64,000 bases of DNA from the human T2T-CHM13v2.0 reference genome, Homo sapiens, in the NCBI RefSeq assembly GCF_009914755.1, contig NC_060931.1; one strand, 5' to 3'. Shown here piece after piece: positions 56,962 to 64,000 of the stretch (positions within the stretch are counted from its first letter, which is position 1; every line of letters begins with the position of its first letter). The notes below the pieces were generated by a model. It had not been told where the DNA came from. It searched no databases and worked only from the letters and a program-made list of their open reading frames with translations. The position numbers were made by a program, and so were the translations under genes.

Positions 56962-59439
56962 CTAATGGGAGCAGAGGTCTTGTCCTGGATCTCTTTTCCG
57001 TCCCCTGAACTTTTCCTCCCTCCTATTTTACCACCCCACACACTTCTCATTCTAAAATTCCTCTTCTAGTCTTTTTTACTTTCAATCTCTTTTCCCACCT
57101 ACTTCTATTTTTCCTGCCTTTAAGTTTTTTCTCCCCCACTCCTTCCCTCTAATAGGAAAGGAGGGCAAATATGAAGTAAACATTTGCATGTGCATGTGGA
57201 CTGGACCAGTTAGTCTCTGTGTTCGTGGCTTTTATATGGATTACACACTTAATCTCCCTTAACTCTCTCAATCTGCCTTTTATTTAGTTTATTGTCATAA
57301 TGACACTAATTGGGGCAGTAAAAGAAATGTCAAGTAAAAAGTGAAAAGTGCTTTTGATGGAGAAATGTTTTTCCTCGTTCATTCCACCAGCAATCATTTT
57401 CACTTGGATTTGAAGGTATTGGAAAACAAGTCTTGTTAATTTTCATTTATTCAGTGACTGCTTATCCAATTTGGCAATTATCACTTCCTTCTCTGGTCTC
57501 TCCTGCTGCTACTCTTAGCCTTTTCACGGTTCCTCTTCCACCATAGGGAAGGAGAAAAGGAAGGAAATGAAATTTCAGCATTCAGTGTAGCTACTTATTT
57601 TTTAATTTGATCAGTTGATTACTGTAAGGCAGTGTATAGGTTTGAGATGAACTGCATTTAGATTTGGGAAATTGAATTGGCTTTAAAAATATATATATTT
57701 GCTATCTTACAAGCTCCTCGTGGGATTGTGGGCAAAGATGGACCTGCTGATTGATGCGGACTGGACAGTGGATAGGGTGGCTATGTGAGCACCTCTCAGT
57801 GAAATGAGTCAGGCAGAACCTGCTTTCCTTCCTTCCCCCCTTACTCCAGCAAATATTTCTGGAATGCACACTGTGTTCTGGAGACACAGCAGGAAACAAA
57901 ACAAAAGCCCACCTTCATTAAGCTAACAGTGGGGTTTTGTATGGAGATGCTGTACTAAAGATCTTATCTGTGAAAATATCTATCTTTACTCCCCCCAAAA
58001 TGCAGTCTATAAACCTCATTACTGCAGGAGCCCTTATTATTACCTGCTTGGGTAAAACAGTCCCTCCCCCATTTTTGCTTGAGTTGTGCTTCTCCTTGAT
58101 TAAATAGTGGCTCCGATGGTCTCTTGAAGCAGGGTTGAAAGAGACTCTGGGGAGATCATCTCATCTTTTAATCTCTTATGTCTTCGGCTTTGTATGGAGC
58201 AGCCCTCTCTCTCTTTCCCTGGAAGCTCAGGCTCCATCCATGTGACCACTCTCCAAGAGCTTTGTGTTTGTGTTGGCAGAAGTTAGGATCTGGAGAGCAA
58301 TATTTCTTACAGATTAATTGCCAAAGTAATTATATTGTAAAATAATATGCATGATTGATATTTAATATATCCCTCTCCAGGGAGCTGGAGAGCTTCATTG
58401 ATTTGGGAAGATGAGCCAGTTGCTTGTTTAGGAGCAGAGCTTTGTATGAAAAGCCAAATTGATGGCCTGGACCTAAAGACAAAGAGCAGGTGATGGGAGG
58501 TGGATAAAGCACAGCCTCCAGAATCATAAAGGGTGTTGCACCAAGAAGTCTCCCACCAGTTCCACTTCCAGAAATCACAGATCTCTAGGAGATGACAAGC
58601 AGCAGGTTCTCTTGCTGAGACTCATGTCTTGTTTAGAATGAGTATCCCTAGTATCTGCAGTGGGATCCTGCCAATAAAGAATCTCCTCCCTGCCCTGTTG
58701 CTGGCACTGGTTTGAAGGATACTGGCTCAAGAGCAGTATCTGGCATCTCTGTAAAGTCTCTTCCTCTCCTTTCTTGTTGAACAGGGCACATGCAGCTTCT
58801 CTGTGTGGGTGACGTCCACATAAGGAGAATGCCTTATTTATTTTAGGTCCATGAGCTTGCGTAATGTGCCTATTTAACACCCTCCTAAAAGCGCTTTTCA
58901 GCACATGAGCAAGTAACGAAGCCCACTAAATCCTGCCTCTTCTGGGCACACTGGGCTGTTTAAGGTTGTTCCTGCGCTGTGTATTTATGGATAGGAGCTG
59001 GAGTTATGACATTTATTTCTGTTGGTTAGGGCACTGATATATATCTGCCTGCATCTCCCATGGAGAACCGCACCTTATCTTGAGAGAGAGATGAGAGCAT
59101 TCCCATAACTCATCCTGCCAAGCACTGGGACTGTCAGGGTGGGAAGCTACTTCTCTCCCCCTAGCCAGTGGAGTTGTGGGGGGGTGGTGGCATGTGGTTA
59201 TGCAGAGAGACTTTGGTGGTAAAATTATCTAGGATTTAAAACAGGAGAGAGAAAAATGTAGCTCCTAATAAGCTCTCCTTTTGCTGTCATGCTTTGTTCA
59301 ACCTGCCCCCCAGTCCCCTTTCTCAGGCATATCATCAGCAATCCTTGGGGTCTATAGAATCAGTTTATTCCAGTCTTTTGCTCTGACAGGATTCTGTCTC
59401 CTAACCAGTCTTCTTCTGTTCTCATGACCCTTCTGGCCT

Positions 59440-59890
59440 GTCTGCCTTGTACAAGGGAGACCATTCTAAGACACATATCTGCTCACATCATGCCCTGCTT
59501 ATAACTTCTCATCAGTTCCTTTACCTTCAAAATAAGACATACATGGCCTTCATGATCTATACCCTGTTCATCCTTCTAGCTTCGTTACCCACATTCCCCC
59601 ACCATCCGCTCTTCCTGAGCAGGAGCACTTGAAGAGTCCAAAACTAGTCTTACTGGCCTCAGGCATCTAACCCTTTCTGCTCTCTACTTGGAATGCCTGT
59701 TGCCTTCTCTCTTTTTATCATCACCTCCCAGAACCTGGTGTAAGTAAGTATATGGCTCCAAAGAAACCTCAGTTTAGCATACATGTCTCTCTTCCTCTAG
59801 CCTGTGTTCCTTGTTTATCTCCATATGCCCAATCCTTAGCACAATGCCTATCTTGTAGCAGATGTTGCATCTGTGTATGCCAAATGAACA
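59440..59890 (+). mobile_element. L2 fragment
   Basis: atctgctcacatcatgccctgctta...ggccttcatgatct...cttagcacaatgcct. Confidence 0.6.
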
Positions 59891-60469
59891 GAGATTGTCA
59901 TCTAGTGATCTCCTGCGAAGTCTCTGCTCCCGCCTCCTTGCTCTATGACCATACCTGCTCCCTGAAATCCAGAGCCCCAGTATGTCACTTGCTCCAATTG
60001 CCCCTGCATTTATAGCTGGACTGTGGCGGATACATCTGGATACTTTGTCTCCAGGAGTAAGTCCATGTTGAGGAGGTGGTACACTTGGAAAATCAGATTA
60101 AATACTCCTTTAATATTTAATTAACTCTCTTTAGCTCACTCCAGGCAGTGAGCATCTGCATAAAGGTGAGGTGAGGTTACAGAACATCTCTGGAAGTTCA
60201 TGTGAGAAAGAGGAGACAGGGCTAGAGTGGTCAGGAGAGGCTCGATGGATGGCCTAGAGCTTCAGCAGATCCCTAAGTCCTGTTTCCTGCACTGCCAATG
60301 ATTATTATTGGCCTACTGCTGAGTTCTAAGAACAGGGGCAAGCTACAGTTTAGGGCACATTATCTCTTAGTTATCCCAGGCCTGAGTGCTATGGTTGGGA
60401 TAGTTTGATGATACGTGTTTACACATCTGCACGTGTGCATGTGTGCATAATTTTTTGCTACCTTCTTCC

Positions 60470-60670
60470 TTGACACTATCTCTTGTTTATTTTATTAGAT
60501 ATTACTTACCACCTTCTATCACATTGTATAATTTACTTGCTTCTTTTACTATCTTTTCCCCCTCTTCAGAATATAAAGTTCATGGAGGCAGAGATTCTTG
60601 TCTGTTTCAGTCCCTGTCATATCCTCAGCACCTAGGACACTGCCTAGATCAGAGTGGGCATTTAATCAAT
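60470..60670 (+). mobile_element. L2 3' end
   Basis: agaatataaagttcatggaggcagaga...atcctcagcacctaggacactgcct. Confidence 0.7.
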
Positions 60671-61322
60671 AGAGACCGTTTCCCTAAACAGGAAAATATT
60701 GAGAGGCCGTCTGAGAAACCTAGTATCTACCAGTCTACTATTCAATGTTCTGTGGCCAGTAGAACAGCAAATTATTAAGTTGCATGATCCTATAGTTCTG
60801 TCCCCAGGTCCCCAAGAAGATAGGTCCAAGAACAGTTTTTCTTCAAAGGTATCTTGTTATGTTGTCCCTGCTGCTTCTGAACCATGGGAATAACAAAATG
60901 ACAGTGTTAGCACCATGTTGGCATCATTTGGAACTAGGAAAGCAGCCCGGTTGGCATTTCACTAACTAGTGTCCTCTCCTGTAGAAGTTCTCAGCATGCT
61001 GATGAGAACCTGGCCCTGTGTACGCTATAGCCAGTTAGATGGCCCTATCGTTGTGGGGGTGTTTCTGATGAATTGAAATTCATTCCCTCATCTTGTTCTG
61101 CTGCTTCCACAACTGCCATCCTATTGATTCAAAAGAGACTGAGAATATGACCTCCTGAGTTTCAGTGTCTAACATTGTGTTTCTTGGAAGGCTGTTGTTT
61201 CTATTCCACTTGTTATGTACCTTTTAAATGGCAAAAAGTTATACCGTTGCCTTGCTAGCCTTGGCTATACAGTACATATTCTGGGTCTTCCAGAGCAGGA
61301 TTTCTCAGGATTCTTAGACTAA

Positions 61323-61684
<362 letters not shown>

Positions 61685-62079
61685 TAATTGGGCCGTGATC
61701 ACCAAGTATTCACCTATTTCTTCAGCTCATGCAGGTGTCCGTGTTGAAGGCTAGGGGGCATGAGGATACAAAGCAAACTATATGAAACAAAAGGCCAGTA
61801 GAATCTGCTGAAAGCTAAGTAGTATAGGGCCAACCCAGATCCAAGATTCAGATCAGCCATTGGGAGCTTCTTCCCTGTCAAATCTCACTGGTCCCTGCTA
61901 CCAGTGAATTAGGATGAATCACTCTTCTGAATTATGTTAGTAGGCACTTAATGTTTACCAATGCTGTTACGTGCTTCATAGTAAATTATCTGATTTAATA
62001 CATACAACAACCCTATTTTTATTTTCACTGTTACCCTTATTTTGCTGGTGAGGAAACTTTGTCCAGTCGTCTGTGTCCG

Positions 62080-62135
62080 TATCAACTCTGGAACTATTCA
62101 GGGCCTGGACTGCATAGCCATGCATGGTGGCCCTG
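62080..62135. mobile_element. Possible MER91-like hAT end
   Basis: ctgcatagccatgcatggtggccctg resembles the MER91 terminus as I recall it. Confidence 0.35.
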
Positions 62136-62650
62136 AGATGCGCAGAACTAGGGCTAGCCTGAGCCACTTTGCTCCACCTTTCAGTGTCAGGATTGGCAGG
62201 AATGTTTAAATAGAGTCATGTAAGGCTAGAGTCCGGGTTTCTCACAGGGATTTGAGCTTCTGTGTGAAGGTATGTGAAACCCCTGGATAAATATGACACA
62301 TCTTAGCTTGACCATTTTACCTCACTTTCATCCATGCTTACGTCCAGAGTGCCTGTCCCTTATGAAACTCTGCCTGCTCCATTTTGAAAGAGGTAAGTGG
62401 GGCTCTCCTGCTTTCCCCGCCTCTGTAGAATACATAGAGAGAGGAGAGCTGCAGAAGAGTAAACCACTGGACAACTTTTGGGAGGCATTAGGTATGAGTA
62501 CCCAAGTAGAAGCACTGACTTCTCTGTCCCCTGAATTTTCTGCACACATAGAAAGTGTCACCTGAGATGAGAGTTGAGGGTACAGGGATGATGAGAGCAC
62601 GCAGCATGCTGGCGGGTTCACTGATTGCTGCTCTTATTATGGTTCTAAGG

Positions 62651-62751
62651 CAGTGTTAAATTAGCCAATTAATAAAAATGAACACACCATTGGAAGCTAC
62701 ATTTGTGTGGGGTTTTTTGTTGTTGTTATTAAACTGGCTAATTTAACACCA
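62651..62751. mobile_element. 101-bp MITE-like inverted-repeat element, probably hAT
   Basis: Perfect 15-bp inverted repeat 62653-62667/62735-62749; 8-bp flanks ttctaagg/tcctagag resemble the hAT NTCTAGAN target. Confidence 0.7.
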
Positions 62752-63064
62752 TCCTAGAGTGGTAGTGATGGTAATAGCAGCAGCCCACGAGTTCAGAAGA
62801 AGGTGGGGGTGATTCCCTCCCAAGCTTTCCCAGGCATTGCTGTGTGCTCTATGTCTTTACTCTGTGAGGAAACGGGATAAACAATAGCTAGACGTCCGCT
62901 GGCAGTCTTGGGACTCTGCAGTGTGCTAGCCAGATCCCTATCATCATGGCTATACCACTTAGGAGTGTTTCCCTGGCAGACTGCATTGCAGTCATTTTTA
63001 TATACACATTCCTACACATGTAGCTGTCTATGTATGTCTTCATCCCTGGGTACCATTCTATTCT

Positions 63065-63540
63065 AACAGTGGCTTTCCATTTGACTCAGAGTGCAAGCTG
63101 GGTTCTTACTGTGGCCTGGAAGTGTGGCCTGTCTTCCCTGTGTTTTGTTTCCTCTCTCTGACCTCATCTCCTGCTCTTCCCACTTCACTGCCTCTACTCC
63201 TGTGTTGGGGCCTTTGCACTCTCTTCTGGATATCCTTAGGTTCAGTCCTTCTACTACTTCAGATCTTTGGTCAAATGCTACTTTCTCAATAAATGTTTCT
63301 CCAACCGTCCTCTTTAAAATCGCAAAACTACCCCATTCCCTCTCCCTCTTCCATAGCACTGTCACCATCCAACATGGTATGCATTTTACTGGCTTGTCTG
63401 TCTCTCTCCACCAGGATGTTAAATTGCGAGAAGGTGAGGATTTTGGTCTGTTTTGTTCATTGCTATGTATATCTCCCCAGCATGTAGAACAATGCCTGGC
63501 ACATGGTAGGCACTTGATACATATTTGTTGAATGAATTGG
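63065..63540 (+). mobile_element. L2 (L2a-like) 3' end
   Basis: cagtggctttccatttgactcagag...ggcctttgcact...tagaacaatgcctggcacatggtaggcacttgatacatatttgttgaatgaat. Confidence 0.88.
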
Positions 63541-64000
63541 CTCTAGTAGCCATGGTATTCCCCTATGATATGGAAATCTATGTTGTATCAGTTTTCATTT
63601 CACTCATTACTGGGTAAACATCACCCAGCAGAAGAGTTCATTGATGTTCCCTCTGGTTCCCCTGTTGCCTCTCGTCTGCTATCTATTCTTGCCCAGGTGG
63701 AAAAGAAGGAAGTGGAAACAGATCTGTTCTTCTAGCTGCTGGCCATTCGTCTCTGGAACTTACCGGGTGGCAAGACCAATCTAGCAGCACCTCTGCTTCT
63801 GTCGCTGCTTTCCCAGGCTCACATTACAATATCTAGGCCAATATTATCATTGCTGTCACAGACACCCTGTTTTTCTTAAGCTTCTAAAATGGATTCTCAT
63901 TGCTAATTTCCTAGCACGATGGTGGGCATAGGCAGTACCTAAGACAGATAGTAAGTGCATCGTGTGGGACTACCCGCATTCACTTTATTGGTCCTTCCTC

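Noticed and set aside
57901-57940. 12-bp imperfect inverted repeat ACAAAAGCCCAC/GTGGGGTTTTGT
   Set aside because: Lies in a probable L2 remnant, low complexity, no other support.

Overview
Primate genomic DNA, almost certainly human (AluY/AluS/AluJ/FLAM-rich, CpG-depleted), from inside the SND1 (Tudor-SN/p100) gene, transcribed on the + strand. Only two coding exons are present. A 73-bp exon at 8416-8488 encodes (R)[25 protein letters not shown] 142-bp exon at 32869-33010 encodes [47 protein letters not shown](G). They splice in frame across a 24,380-bp GT-AG intron; from memory of the canonical transcript these are exons 14 and 15 (end of SN3, linker, start of SN4). The rest is intron: about 21 Alu-family inserts (16 antisense, 5 sense), a near full-length decayed Tigger1 with a nested FLAM, L1M/L2/MIR/L3/MER5 fossils, microsatellites and a 99-bp tandem duplication. 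Nearly all ORFs in the supplied track are Alu-derived, transposase remnants or chance. I found no convincing new multi-gene system, CRISPR array or RNA gene. The best leads are regulatory or RNA-level: a 318-nt poison-exon candidate with strong splice signals in a motif-rich region (52588-52905), an in-frame 45-nt pseudo-exon candidate, a 101-bp hairpin MITE, inverted Alu pairs, a (TGT)17 tract in an AluY linker and several homeodomain/POU/RFX motif clusters. Repeat subfamily calls and boundaries were made by eye and are approximate unless a target-site duplication (TSD) is cited.
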